Assembly: GCF_009914755.1 (NCBI RefSeq)
Contig: NC_060940.1
DNA from: the human T2T-CHM13v2.0 reference genome, Homo sapiens
Length of the DNA: 64,000 bases
Direction: 5' to 3' (one strand)
Shown here: positions 1-14,937 of the stretch, one piece after another
How the letters are laid out: each line of letters opens with the position of its first letter
Position numbering within the stretch: the stretch's first letter is position 1
Program-made: the position numbers and the translations under genes
Notes under the pieces: model-generated
Seen by the model: only the letters and a program-made list of their open reading frames with translations
Database searches by the model: none
Told to the model about the DNA's origin: nothing

Positions 1-209
1 CTGCAGTTTTTCATTGTGTGACGAATGCCACACTGGTAGTTCTGAAGATGAATCTTGGATGGTAGCTAAGTGATCACTTAAAGCCCTTTTATATAGTCTT
101 CTCTCTACTCTTTGCATGTTTAAAATCTCCCATCATAAAAAGTCAAATAAAAACTATAATTTATGTGGATGCTTATATTTGCTATTTGAAAAGTGATGTG
201 CACATTCCA

Positions 210-385
210 GGGCGCAGCTTGGTGCAGATGTTAACCACATGGATTCTGGAGCCTGCTGCTCTACCACTTCTCAGCTCTGTGGCTTCATGCCCGTGATGTG
301 TGCCTCAGTTTCCTGATCTGTAAGATGGGGACGATAACAGCATTTACCTCATAGTGTAGTTATAGAGATTCAACATGCTTGTTAT
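210..385 (+). mobile_element. MIR SINE relic
   Basis: MIR core tgtgcctcagtttcctgatctgtaagatgggg; boundaries approximate. Confidence 0.7.
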
Positions 386-744
386 TATGGATGGGAATAA
401 TTTAAAGTTTAAGAAATGTATTTAGGCTTAAAGTATGAGTCAATATAGAAATGTTAAGCTAATAATGGCCAAACTTCATCTGGATACTTACTAAGTGCTG
501 TTCTAAGTAGCTCACACATATTATTTCATTGAATGCCTACTATGAGGTAGATGGTATTAACCCATTTTGCAGGTACAGACAGATGACTAGTTTGATCAGG
601 GTCAGTTTATGGCAGAGCAAGGATTCGAGTGCAGGAATTCTGTCTCCAGAGCTCACACCCCTCCGATAAATCTTCCACAAGATAGATATCTTACCATACT
701 GTCTTGGCTAAGTAGTACAGATAGGTTCATGAGTAATGCAAGAT

Positions 745-990
745 TATTCACTCAAGAAATATTTATTGAGCATCTACTACATGCTTGGCTCTGTTGAAAA
801 CTCTGGAGTTACAATGGTACACGGTAAATCTCCCACAGAGCTTTGGCTTACAGATGATGAGGGAGAGGGAGAGGGAGAGGGAGAGGGAGAGGGAGAGGGA
901 GAAATCAGTAACAAAGATATAAACCAGATAATTTCAGACCCAGATAAGTCCTGCAAAGAAAATAAAGCTGGATCATGGAAAAGAAAGTGA
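745..990 (-). mobile_element. L2 LINE 3' relic
   Basis: attcactcaagaaatatttattgagcatctact is the reverse complement of the L2 3' end. Confidence 0.65.
859..902 (+). repeat. (GAGGGA)7 hexamer microsatellite
   Basis: Direct reading; lies inside the L2 relic. Confidence 0.95.
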
Positions 991-3659
991 CTGGGGAGCT
1001 TTTGTGCTGTCCCCTGCCCCCACTGTGTCCCCCAGGGGGAGTCTGCACTGTGCCTAGGAATGAAGGCTTTTGTCCTTCTCCAAGCTGCAGCTTGGCTCTC
1101 CTGATAAGCCAGGCCACGTTACTGCTATGAATTCAATCCAAATTTCAAGACGGTCAGGCCTATTAAGTCAGACCTTTTGACGAGTCTGCAGAGCATGGAT
1201 TTATTATATGTCAATGTTTGTTTAAATTTGTAACTCTCTCACAGTGGAATTGAGGAGGCAGGCTCCAAATAACCATCAAAGCCCATTAATTTTCTCCAAA
1301 TGCAATAGCATATTAATCAGGCATCACTGAGGGTCTGTGGTTTGGAGGTGATGCTGATGCAGGATAGATATCTACCCCACTCCCTGCCTCTCCTTGGGAA
1401 AAGCAGGTTTTCCTCTGTGACTGACTGTGTATTTATTACACAGCCTTGTGGCCAAGATGAATAATGAATGTAGAATCATAGTTGTATTTGAGCCAGAAGG
1501 GACCTTATTGAGGGAGGCTGTATTTTCTGAACCTAAATTTAGGTCCTATATGAGCTGACAAGGGATATTTAAGCTGCTTCTAAGTATGAGAGGCAGTCTG
1601 GATATGGGTTTCAGGCACTCGGAAAGCTGAATTTTTAGATGGCTTGGGGAGTGTGAAACACAAAGGCCTTCTTGGGCCTGCCCTGGGGAAAGCCAGGGAG
1701 GATTCTTATTATGGCTTTGTAGCATTAGTCCTCTTTTCTCATCTTCCAGAAAATGGGGCTTTGAGAAGGTGTGAATTGCCTATAGCCACACAGTAACTTA
1801 TTGAGAGAATCAATATTCTGTGCAAAGCAGGCAGGGCAAGTTTCATAAAAAAGAATTTGATTGCTTTGCTCCTCCCTCTGCCTAAAGCCATCCATGGCTC
1901 CCTATTGCTTTAACAAAGAAAGTTAAATTCCTAACCATAGTCCCCTGTATGATTGGGCTCTGGTCTGCTTTGACTTCTCGCTTCTCTCCTCTCCAATCCA
2001 GCCATTATGAACGTCTTTCAGTTCCCTAGACACTTTCATCTCATTCACCTCCAAGTCTTTGATAACATTATTCCCTCTGCCTAAACCACTCTTCCTCTGC
2101 ATGGCCTGGCTGGTTTCTGCTCAGCCTTATGCTTCAGTAGCAGCACCATTCCCCCGGTTATGTCCTCCTGGAACCTGCAGATTATTTACCCCTCATGATC
2201 TCTGTGGCTCTTACCCCCTGTGTGCCTTGCATGCTGTTCCACTCAGTGCTGGACACAGAGAAGAAGCCTGATAAATCGTATTCATTTTGGAGATGATGGT
2301 TAGTATGTGGTTCTCTCTCCAGTGGCCCTGGTTAGCAATTTTCTAGAATGATAAACCGAAAAAGGCTAGAAGTTTATTCCTTAAGGGTCTCCCCAGTTCT
2401 CAACTCTTTTTACTTGCCTTGATTTAATACCTCCAGGATCAGTGTTTTGAAAATTCCCACTCTGGCAGTTTTCTTAGAGGTTTAATAAATTCTTCTCTGC
2501 CCCTTCTGCCCATCATGGGAAGAAGGGAGCCAGCTCACTCCCTGCCACTGGCCAGCAGGCTGTCCATTCCTCCATCAATCAGACCATTAAAAAAAAAAAA
2601 GATCAGGAAAATTCCTGGGAGCCTTTAGGGGCAGGGGCAGGGCCTTCAGCTGGGCTTCTGCTAGAACATATCCAGCCCCAGATTGTGGCAGATTTGCAGT
2701 TTTTACTTTGAACAAATTTTCTTAGGCAATGGAAAGAAGTTTGCAATCTGTCTGCTTGCCTGGTTTTGAGCCAAAGAGCTCTGGGAAGGTTTGATCCAGG
2801 ACCTGGGGATTGTCTTTTTGATGGTTGCTTTCGGGAGGGTGCCTGGATGCTTACTGCATAATGGCTTTGCCCTGCAGAAGAGCAATAAATACAGAAAATT
2901 CCCAATAAGACCATCTGGAAAAAGTGAGAAGAAATAAACATCTATCAAGTACCTCCCGTGTGCCAGGATCTGTGCAAGATTCTTTGCATCTTTTATCTCA
3001 CTCGAGGCTCACACAACCCTATGGGCTTATTGCTATGAATACTATTTAATAGTAAAATTGCTAAAGTTTACTGAGCACTTGCCATGTCTCAGACCTTACG
3101 TTGAGTGCTTACAATGCATTATCTCATGGGATCATTACCACTGCCCACTAAGGTACAGGTTACAAATGTCCCTTCATGTAGAGGGACATTGAAACAAGCA
3201 CAGTTTTATACCATGTGGAAGTATGATTCAGGCCCTGTCCAGAAGACTCCAAGACTCATTGTTAATTTCAGCATCCAGGATTCCTGCTTAGTGCCCACCA
3301 TTGAGACTTCTGAGGCCTTCTGAAGGATATTATTCTGGGAGACCACGCTCCAAACCAGGATTTTCTTTGAAGGATTTAGAGGACTCAGCTTTCAGGTAGC
3401 ATGACTTCAACATTTGCACAGCGTATAACTCATCTCTTATTTGTTTTCCCATATACTCCTGTTTTGATAAATGGCATATCTCAAAGTATGATGATGAAGT
3501 AACAAATAATTTGTCTGATTTTTCCATGGTAGATGCATAACTCAAAATCAGATGGGATCATCAGAACTTCTGATCAGCATGATATGGAGCCAGGCATCTG
3601 TGAAACCTAAAGCAAATCCAGGCATCTCTTGACTGTGCAATTTCTAGTAAGCCTTTTGA

Positions 3660-4045
<386 letters not shown>

Positions 4046-4414
4046 TAAGACAAGCTTTGGACTTCAAGATAACTCCATAATAGGTAGAGGTTATGAGATA
4101 TAACTGCTTGAATATGTGAGGGATTTATTGAGTCGATCATTCAGATATGAATTATTCAATTAAATGCATTCACATACCACACATTCATTTACTATTTTAA
4201 TTCTCCTATTACTTATTGACTGAGTCTGCCATTCAACTCATTAAATCCTTTAGTCATTCAAGAAACATTTCTGGTCCAGTGTGTGAGCTTCTGGACTCTG
4301 CAGAGAAAAGTAACTTAAAAAAATTTGCTTTGTGTTCCAGGTTCAGCAGGCACTAGCCAGGAAATTACTGACAGATCCAAAGGCTTGAGCTGCCATTCTA
4401 AGCTTTGGTTAGGA

Positions 4415-4472
<58 letters not shown>

Positions 4473-4480
4473 CTGTGTGT
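4415..4480 (+). repeat. (TG)n microsatellite
   Basis: Direct reading. Confidence 0.95.
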
Positions 4481-5309
4481 GTTGGATTTGCAGGCTTACT
4501 CCTGGTATTTTGCCTCATAGATATCTAGGATTCATTTCTGGCAAGTTGAAGATCATCTCCAAGTCTCCCTTTCCCCATCTGTAAAATAATCAGGTTGACC
4601 AGATGACGTAGGATTCATTGTAAGATTGTCTATCAGGTGCCTAGCCCTATGCTTTTAGTAGGCAATTGCTCCCTTGCAACTTTCACTGTAGGTTTGAAAT
4701 GGGGATTCATCAGGAAATGACCTAGCTTGGCTTTGCTCTTTACACCCAAGGGAGGAAAATGTGTCCCTGTGGTTATTTCCCCCACTGAATTGCTGATAGT
4801 GGTGATGGAGTAGGGGATACTGGGCCTGGCTGCATGTGTTGTAACAAAAACAAGAACAGCTCTTGACAGCATGATTTTTTTTCTCTATCCATAACTTAAA
4901 TCTTCTCTGTCAAAAGGGGAAAATTAGACAAAGGAAAAATTCCAAAAGGATAATGAGTCCTCATTTCCTCCTGCTGCTTCTCCTCCTTGGGCAGTGCTGT
5001 CAAAATGCCCTGACATCACCCTCCTGCCTCCACCTCCACTTATGCTTCCAGATGATTCTCACCTCCTGAAATGCTCAAACTTGGGAGGGTCTGAATGGGG
5101 GTTCTGATCCTGCCTCTCGGTGCATTGGTACAGCATCCGGAACCCCACTCCTGGTACTTTTCCGTTTGTTTTGTCATTTGCCCCATATTTGTCCTTGTAA
5201 GTCTTCAAGGATAGAGGATATATGTATTCTCAAGAAGAGAAACAACTTCTAGCAATTTTCTAAAGAAATCATCTTGGAGGTGTCAAACTAAATGCCCCCA
5301 TAAGGGGAT

Positions 5310-5940
<631 letters not shown>

Positions 5941-6353
5941 TAACCATTATCTTAGAATCTAACTGGGGAAGCCAGGCCATGGAAGAGTTACCTGTCTCTC
6001 CTCATCCCCTCAATAAGCTAGTAACAGATTGGAACTCAGTCATTCTGCTTCTGTGCTCAAGCTGTTTTTATGGGACATCCTAATCTCCTAAAGATTCATC
6101 AAGAAGGGTCCACCAGGAAAATCTCAATTTTAAATATTCTGCCATGTTGCTGTCCTGGGTAAACCCCTATGCATAGAAGCAGTATAACAGTGTGTTCTGG
6201 AGTTCTGTTTTTACCAGTTCTTAGCTGTGTGACATTGGGCCTCCATTTTGTCATCTGAACAGTGAGGTTAATAGTAATCCTTATCTCAGAGGGCAGAGGT
6301 GAATATTCCTTGAGGTGACGCTTTTGCATAATGCATCCTACTGAGTACGTACT

Positions 6354-6708
6354 TGTATTAGTCTGTTCTCACACTGCTAATAAAGACATACCCAAGTCTA
6401 GGTAATTTGTAAAAGAAAGAGGTTGAATGGACTCACAGTTCCACATGGCTGGGGAGACCTCACAATCATGGCAGAAGGCAAAAGAGGAGTAAAGGCACAT
6501 CTAACATGGCAGCAGCCAAGAGAGAGCATGTGCAGGGGAACTCCCATTTATAAAAGCATCAGATCTTGTGAGACTTATTCACTACCACAAGAACAGTATG
6601 GGGGAAACCACCCCGATGATGCAATTGTCTCCACCTGGCCCTGCCCTTGACTCGGGTTTATTAAAATTCAAGGAGAGATTTGGATGGGGACACAGCAAAA
6701 CCATTTCA
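6354..6708 (-). mobile_element. THE1 (C/D-like) MaLR solo LTR
   Basis: TG...CA termini (tgtattagtctgttctcacactgct ... aaaccatttca) and a 5-bp TSD gtact at 6349-6353 and 6709-6713. Confidence 0.92.
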
Positions 6709-7017
6709 GTACTGAATGAATATCGACTACTTCTGGGTGGCCTGCGTGCTTCAATTTGGGGTTCAGAAAATATCTTCACTTTACACACCTTCTCATCCAC
6801 TTGCCTTCATTTTTTATTTCATTTTTTACTTCATGGAAATTTAGTGGCATTGAACAACCATTGTGCTAGGTAGGGCAAGATAGTTTAAACAAACAAATGA
6901 CCAAAACAAAAGTGAATGTTGAAAGCCAGCCCATATTTCCAGAGTTTCAAGACTACCTTGAATCAGAGCCCAATTTGCTTTCAATTACTCCCCTGTACAG
7001 TTCTTGAGTTTTTATAA

Positions 7018-7317
<300 letters not shown>

Positions 7318-7551
7318 TAGCATTTAAAAATTTTAATAATTTCTTATTGCAAGTCTTAAATCCCCAAAGGAGAAATGAGTAAATCTAGTTTACGGTAGAA
7401 ACCCCCAGTCATTAAAAAGTAATAATAATCCAAGAAAAGAAAAAAAAGAAGCAAGCAATGTGGTGTCAGACAAGTTAGAATCCAGTCTCTGAAGGGCTTT
7501 CTGCTTTTGTTAGTGATTTAGAGACATTTTCCCCCCTCCTTTCTGAATATG

Positions 7552-7678
7552 CTTCTAGCAGTGGAAATAGTTTTTCTGTAATAACTCTTGGTGAACATGT
7601 CACCTGAAATATTTGGCTCTAAAGATGATTAAAGATTATGTATGAGGGAGCAAAGCAATGAGGCCAAGAAGCCCACTG
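7552..7678 (+). repeat. Donor copy of a ~127-bp direct duplication
   Basis: Near-identical to 9051-9182. Confidence 0.95.
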
Positions 7679-8212
7679 TCTTGTGAGAGCTCTACCAACA
7701 GTCATTATTAGGAGAGATTCCTCCCTTGTCCCACTCTGATTGATGAGTCATGAATCAACCATGAATCTCAAAAACTAAAGGCTGCCAATTACACTGAAAT
7801 AATTGAGTCTTGAACCCAATCTATGGCAGAAATACAACTGACGGACAGACACTTTGCAAAACCCTATTTAGATGAGTTCACCCAACCAAGAAATCCATAT
7901 GGCTCCAAGTTGCTGGGGAGTTGTTTCTATTTTCCTGGATTAACTTAAATGTCTTTAACCATCTGTTGTTCTTTTTCAGTGGTAGCCAAACCTCAAACAT
8001 ACTAAGGGAAAAACAGATTTAAAAAAAATGCCACCTGTTCTGAGCCCTGTGCTGGATAGGTATTTGGTTCACTACCCAGAAGCTTTCACTATGGGTGTGG
8101 TTATTCCCATCTTTGGTTGGGGAAACTGAGGCTTGGAGAATTTAAGTTAATTACTCAAGTTGGCACAGCTATTACCAACAAAGAAATCCTTTAGGATCCC
8201 CTTTCCTTCCTT

Positions 8213-8517
8213 TCTTTTTTTTTTTTTTTTTTTTTTGAGGCAGAGTCTTGCTCTGTTGCTCAGGCTGGAGTGCAGTGGCATGCTTTTGGCTCATTGCAAC
8301 CTCCGCCTGCCAGGTTCAAGCAATTCTCATGTCCCATTCTCCCGAGAACCTGGGATTACAGGTGTCTGCTACCACACTGGCTAATTTTTGTATTTTTAGT
8401 AGAGATGGGGTTTCGCCATGTTGGCCAGGCTGGTCTCGAACTTCTGACCTCCGGTGATCCGCCCACCTCGGCCTCCCAAAGTGCTGGGATTACAGGTGTG
8501 AACCATCGCACGCAGCC
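8213..8517 (-). mobile_element. AluSx-like
   Basis: Full dimer with poly-T. Confidence 0.95.
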
Positions 8518-8519
8518 CC

Positions 8520-9440
8520 CTTTCCTTTCTACTGTCTGCATTCAATCCTTCATCAAGTGTTGGCATCTCACCTCTGCAATGTAGTTGACGATCTGATTAC
8601 TTCCTTTCATTTCCATTACCTCCAGCATGGTCCAAGTCTCCATCATCATTCACCTAAGCTATAGCCAAAGCCTCCAACAGGTCTCCCTGCAACCATGTTA
8701 ACCCCTTACAGTCTATTCTTTCTGCAGCAGTCCAACTGTTCTCTTAAATAATGCAAATCAGATTATATCATTCAATTATGGTGCCCTTCCAGAGTTTTCC
8801 CATCCACATGGATTAAAATCTGGACTCTACCCCATCACCTACCACCTCTCTCTGACTTCACCTTGCCTGATTCCCTGTTGCTTTCTTCAGTTTTCAGACC
8901 TCCCTGATCTTTCTTCGTGTATCTTAAGCCCACTGAACTCATTCCTGCCTCAGTGACTGTGTATTTTCACTTACTCTTCATTCTGCCTGGAATGCTCCAC
9001 CTCTCATATGGGACGTGGCTTCCTGGTCCAGGTCTCAGGTCCAGTGAATTCTTCTAGCAGTGAAAATAAAATAGTTTTTCTGTAATAACTCTTGGTGAAC
9101 ATGTCACCTGAACTATTTGGCTCTAAAGATGGTTAAAGATTATGTATGAGGGAGCAAAGCAATGAGGCCAAGAAGCCCACTGATACCCTCCCCAGAGTCG
9201 GTATCCTTGACGATTCCAGCTGGAGGAGTCTCGCCTCTTCTCTTCCAGCTGGAAGCTTCATCTCTTCTCTCTCTTTCATATAACCTGCTTTATTTTCTTT
9301 AAAGCCCACATCAATCCTGAAATTATTTTGTTCACATATGAATTTGCTTTTTTGGTATGTCTTCCCTATTAGAATGTAACTTCCATGAGGACAGAAACCA
9401 CAGCTGTGTGTTTCCTGCACCTAGAACCATGCCTGGCATT
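8520..9440 (+). mobile_element. L2 LINE relic, interrupted by a templated insertion
   Basis: L2-like text (agcctccaacaggtctccctgc; tctgcctggaatgctcc; tagaatgtaacttccatgaggacag). Confidence 0.7.
9051..9182 (+). repeat. Second copy of the ~127-bp direct duplication
   Basis: Matches 7552-7678 with about 3 substitutions and one 5-bp indel. Confidence 0.95.
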
Positions 9441-10349
9441 TGATTCAAACACTGGCCTTAAGCAAACCTCCACCTAACGAGCCTCAGTTTTGTCATCTAT
9501 AAAAATGGGGATAACGATGATCTTCACCTTACAGGGTGGATGCAAAGGTGAAATAAGAAAAACCTGTGGCTCCCACGGTCTGCTTGGCGTCTGGTGCACT
9601 GTTGGGCCTCAGTGACTGTTACCCTCCTTCTTTCCCATCCATCCTTTGGTATAGCATTGAAATTTCCTAAGCAGCAAATGATGACTGTTCTATTTTGAAC
9701 TCCCCGATATTTCTAGGAACCAAGAAGTCTTGAAATCATTTGACTACATACATGTCCATGGAAATTCTTATTGGTGAATCAAAGAGAATGTCTTTAACTT
9801 TCTATTATAATCTCCTTTTAAACATAGGGACAAATTTGACTTATTTTCAGGGCAACAATGGGATTTTGCTAAGGAAGTTTGTTAAACTCCTCTTGAGATG
9901 GTTGATAAAAAGGCAAATAATGAATACCTCGTATGCAGAGGGTTTAGACTTGCCTAGAGGCAGATGCTTAGAATAGAGAGAAATCTTTAACACGGGCTGC
10001 TTCTGGCCTCTCTCTGCACCTCCAGCCCCTCTCATGAGTGATGTTCAACTTGCTCTCTGCCTTCCAGCCACACTGACTTCATTTCAGTGCATGGAAATTT
10101 CCACGCTGTCTCCTGCCACGGGGCCTTTGCACATGCTATCCCCACTGGTTCACTCTTCTTTCTAGTCTAACCCTAGTTTGCTTTTACTTGTCCTTCAAAT
10201 TTCTACTTATATGGCTCTTTCTTAGGGAGACCTTCAGTGACGTTTCCAAAGCAAACCCCTTTGTCCTACAATCACAAGCTGCCCCAAGTTTATATGTATG
10301 CATATCATTATTAAATTAATAGGCCTTCTCCTAATTTGGCCATCATCAT

Positions 10350-10590
10350 ATAATAATAGCTCACACTCTTAGAATTTGTTCTGTTCTAAGCCCTTCAGTT
10401 GTATTATTTTATATAATCCACAGAAACCTCATAAGATAGGGAACTGTGATTATGCCCATTTTACAGGTGGGGAAACTGAGTCACAGAGAAAGTAAGTGAT
10501 TTTCCCAAGACCATGCTTCAGGTAAATAGAACGAGAATTAGAACTCAGACATCTTTGCTTCAGAGTCTGTGCCCATAACCACAGTGCTGT
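10350..10590 (-). mobile_element. MIR SINE
   Basis: cccattttacaggtggggaaactgagtcacagagaaagtaagtgattt. Confidence 0.75.
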
Positions 10591-11834
10591 TTTGTGTCTC
10601 TTTTAGGCTCTTTGGGAGTAATGACTATGTTAATTTTTGCTTCTCACTGTCTCTCTGGTTCTAGTGCAGGAACTCATGCATAGTAAACTCCACCTAAGTA
10701 TTTGGGGTTGAATGAATGGCTCCTTCTCTCTATTTCTGTACCCCAAAGACTCTGTTTCCTTACAGTCTTCTTGGTGATCATGAGAAAGTGTCTTGGCTCT
10801 CACAGTTTGAATTCCAATTCCAGGAGCACTGTAATGTAACTTTGTCAGACCCATTGAAGTACGAGCCAGCATCCCACTCTGAATTACAAGAGCTGAGCAG
10901 AATTCTAAATTCTCCCTCCATGCCCACTCACCCTCTTCCCTCATAGCACTCTGGAGGCTGTGTGCCACCCAGGGAAACACTAAAATGCATTCTAGGGCAA
11001 CAGAGAAGTCATCAGAATTACTGAGGATGCAGCAAAGCTGATATTCCCTTAACTCATTACTCAACCGAGATGTATTGTTTTTTAAGAAATCTCGTGCTTA
11101 GGTGAGAGTGATGGAACAAATTACCAACTTGCCTTGCTAACAGCCAGTAAGTCCAACAAGCCTTTGCTGAGTGATGCCCACAGGGAAGTTGCCAGCTAGA
11201 TGCACAGACTGTTGCTGATGTCACACATGTGGTTTTCATGAAGCTTGGGACGCAAGTATGCACAGTGGGTGGCAGATCCGCCTCTGTCATGTGGACTGTG
11301 AACTGTAGGAGGGCAGAGACCCAGCATGGACCTCTGAGGGCACAGTTCAGGGCCTGACACATAGCAGGTGCTTGGGAAATATTGGCTGAATTAATATATA
11401 GGATATAGGGGCCATGCGCTTAAATGGGCTCAACTCTGAACACTTTATCCCAGGGCAGCAGGAGAACAGAGGAAGCATGCATGCATGACACAGCACTAAA
11501 TGACAGAAGTGTGCTGGGGGTGTATACTTGAATCAAAGAGGCATTGGTAGAAGAAGAGCTACATTTTACAGGGTGGAGGCAAACTATGGTTTGTCTAGGG
11601 AAAAGTCAAATTATGCAATAGAGGCCTGAAGGCAAGGAGATAAAGTCCTGCTCCTCAAATCCACTTCCCTGGGTCAATGAGATCTGTGTTGATCCATCTC
11701 TTTATGTTGGAATCACCTACAGACATCAGGTCAGACATGTAGACCAGTGTTAGGTATGGGGAGGGACACATACACTGAAGGGAAGACTAGAATAATATCA
11801 GTTATGGGTTGGAAGGATTTATTGGGTAATAAAT

Positions 11835-12065
11835 AGCATGACTCTGGGCCAGATTGTCTGAGTTCAGACTCAGGGCCTGCTCCTTAGGAGCTGTGTGGTC
11901 TTAGCTAAGTCACCTCACCTGTCTGTACCTCAGTTTCCTTTCCCATAAAACTTGCCTTCCGCTTCACAGTGTTGTGGTCAGGGTTCAGTGAGTCAATGTA
12001 TGCAGAGTGCTTAAAAGGACTGCCAAACACAGCAGTCAGTGAGTGCTACATAGGCATTAGCTTAT
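11835..12065 (+). mobile_element. MIR SINE
   Basis: agctgtgtggtcttagctaagtcacctcacctgtctgtacctcagtttcc. Confidence 0.75.
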
Positions 12066-12596
12066 TAGGGTGGGAAAAGGGTACTTGAATTCATGCCACG
12101 AAGCGTTCATTCTCAGGATTGGTTAACACCTCGCTGTTAGCAGGAGGAAGTGAGAGAAAGTAGACACAGCGGGGCTTAGGGAGATAGTGAATCTGGCAGG
12201 TGTGTAGGTTTGGATTGAACACAGGCTCTGTGGTATGTTAGCTGTGAGGCTAGCAAAGGGGAGTATGGGGCGCCCCCGATCCAGAAAGCATATTGCAAAA
12301 GGAAAATACAAACTGGAAGCTAAAGGAATGGGCCTCGGTGCTATAGGCCCGCTAGCAGAGGGGGCTGCTGAGCATGTAATGCCCTTCCTGCCTGGGGCTG
12401 GAGGGTTGTACCCAGGTGAGGCTCAGAGGGCCAGTCCTCCAGCTGTGGCAGCCTCCAGGGAGCCGAACAATAGAACGTTCATGGATTTGAGCTAGGCTTG
12501 CCTTTCACAAGACAGCCCTGGATGGATGGGATGGGACTCTCATTTATGGAAGGCAGGTGCTCTGTTCCTCCTTAGGATCCAACAAGCTTAGAAGGG

Positions 12597-12875
12597 AATG
12601 TTTTCAAAGTAGGGAGTGTCGGATTCACCGTATCCTAATTGCCTGGGGGGTTTATTTATTTATTTATTGACAGAGTTTTGCTCTTATAGTCCAGGCTGGA
12701 GTGCAATGGGGCGATCTTGGCTCACTGCAATCTCCAGGGAGGTTTATTAAAATGTAGATTCTTGGGCTTCACCATAGATCCATCAAATCAGATTTTGGGG
12801 AGTAAGAGCCCAGGACTCAGCATTTTAAATACACTCCCGAAGGGATCTGATGCATACCATAGTTTGAGAACTGCT
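12597..12875. mobile_element. MER5-type hAT-Charlie DNA transposon containing a 5'-truncated Alu fragment (12651-12736, minus)
   Basis: aaaatgtagattcttgggc...gtttgagaactgct; Alu 3' piece flanked by gggNggtttatt duplication. Confidence 0.7.
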
Positions 12876-12894
12876 TGCTCTAAATAAGTGATAC

Positions 12895-13278
12895 TTTTTT
12901 ATTTTTAATTTAATTTTATTTAAGTTCTGCGATACATGTGCAGAATGTGCAGGTTTGTTACATAGGTAAACGTGTGCCATGGTGGTTTGCTGCACCTATC
13001 AACCCATTACCTAGGTATGAAGCCCTGCATGCCTTAACTTTTTATCCTGATGCTCTCTCCTCCCTACCACCACAGGCCCCATTGTGTGATATTCCCCTCC
13101 CTGTGTCCATGTGTTCTCATTGTTCAGCTCCCACTTATGAATGAGAACATCCAGTGTTTAGTTGTCTGTTCCTGTGTTAGTTTGCTGAGGATAATGGCTT
13201 CAAGCTCCATCCATGCTCCTGCAAAGGACATGATCTCGTTCCTTTTTATGGCTGTATAATATTCCATGGTGAATATGT
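12895..13278 (-). mobile_element. L1PA (PA8-PA13-like) 3' fragment
   Basis: L1 3'UTR (tacatgtgcagaatgtgcaggtttgttacataggtaaacg); TSD taaataagtgat at 12881 and 13279. Confidence 0.9.
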
Positions 13279-14004
13279 TAAATAAGTGATTCTTAATCAA
13301 CAGTGCACCTCAGAAATGGATGGAGAGCAGTTTCCACATACAAGCATGCCAATCTTGCTCCCTAGAGATTCTGATGCAATAGGGCTGGGGTGGGACAAAG
13401 CCCAGGCATATGAACTTTTTTTTAAAAAGATGCTTTTCCAGTGATTGAGTGAATAACAATTTGGCTTGCTTATTGCCTGGTCATACAATACCTGAGAGCT
13501 TGTTAAAAATGCAGGTTCCCAGGACTAGTTCTAGAGTTACAGAATGTGCCTCTATGGGGAAGGGGTGATTCTTAGCATTGGCTGAAATTGGGACCCAGGG
13601 TACCTACTGCTCTGTGCCCTCTTATTACTCAGGGCCTCCCTGGTGATTATAACAAGGGGGACTCATGTTGACAAGTAACTGCTACGGCCATCCCTGAGCC
13701 ATGAGGCTCTTTACACTACTTCCTTCATTTACTCCCACAACTACCATGACTTACCATTATTCCTATTTTCCAGATGAGCAAAGTGAGGCCTAGGGAGGAA
13801 AGGAAGACAGCAGTGATGCTGAGAAGGGGTGGAGCTCAGAATAAAATCCTAGAGCCACAAAAGTTCTCTTCTAGTCTTCCACTCCAAGCCCAATGTAAGG
13901 GAAAAGTGTCATCTTTCGAGGAGAGGTAGTTGAAAGCTTTTGTACAGGTTCAGGGCTGCCATCCCCCATGATGGCTACATGTCATTGACCAGTGGTGTGG
14001 TGTA

Positions 14005-14007
<3 letters not shown>

Positions 14008-14042
<35 letters not shown>

Positions 14043-14052
14043 TGTATGTGTG
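14008..14052 (+). repeat. (TG)n microsatellite
   Basis: Direct reading. Confidence 0.95.
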
Positions 14053-14335
14053 GTGGGAGATGTCTCCCATAGCTAGGGATCCAGGCAGGACCAGCACACA
14101 TAATACCGTTGCTCACTAACTAACCAATAGCTCAGCAAGGGGAAGTACATAATTCTAGACCATTTGGCCAAGACACGTGATGAGTGTGGGTTTGGGGGGT
14201 GGACATTTGGGAAGGTGTTTCCATATGCATTTTCTGTATTAACCAGTAAGACATTCTTAGAATAATTAGGAATTGAATGGTGTGTTCCCCCAACTCCTAT
14301 GTTAAAGCCTTGGCCCCCAGTACCTCTGAATGTGA

Positions 14336-14679
<344 letters not shown>

Positions 14680-14722
14680 TATCAGATAGACTATTTACAG
14701 AGGTACAGAGTCTATCTGTAAA

Positions 14723-14937
14723 CATGTGGACATGTGGGTGGGGGACAACACATACTGGGGCCTGTCAGAAGGTTCAGGTGGGGAGGGAGAGCATCAGGAT
14801 AAACAGCAAATACATGCGGGGGGTCTTCATACCTAGGTGATGGGTTGATAGGTACAGCAAACCACCATGGCACACGTTTACCTATGTAACAAACCTGCAC
14901 ATCCTGCACATGTAAACTTGAACTTAAAATAAAAAGA
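14723..14937 (+). mobile_element. L1PA (older) 3' fragment
   Basis: L1 3'UTR ending aacttaaaataaaaa; TSD agagtctatctg(t/c)aaa at 14707-14722 and 14938-14953. Confidence 0.9.

Noticed and set aside
859-902. Possible SVA element from the (CCCTCT)n hexamer
   Set aside because: No Alu-like, VNTR or SINE-R segment is adjacent; the flanks are continuous L2.
1028-1045. CTCF-like motif cccccagggggagtc (also weak matches near 12352 and in the inverted-repeat arms)
   Set aside because: Key positions deviate from consensus and this cannot be supported without PWM scoring or ChIP data.
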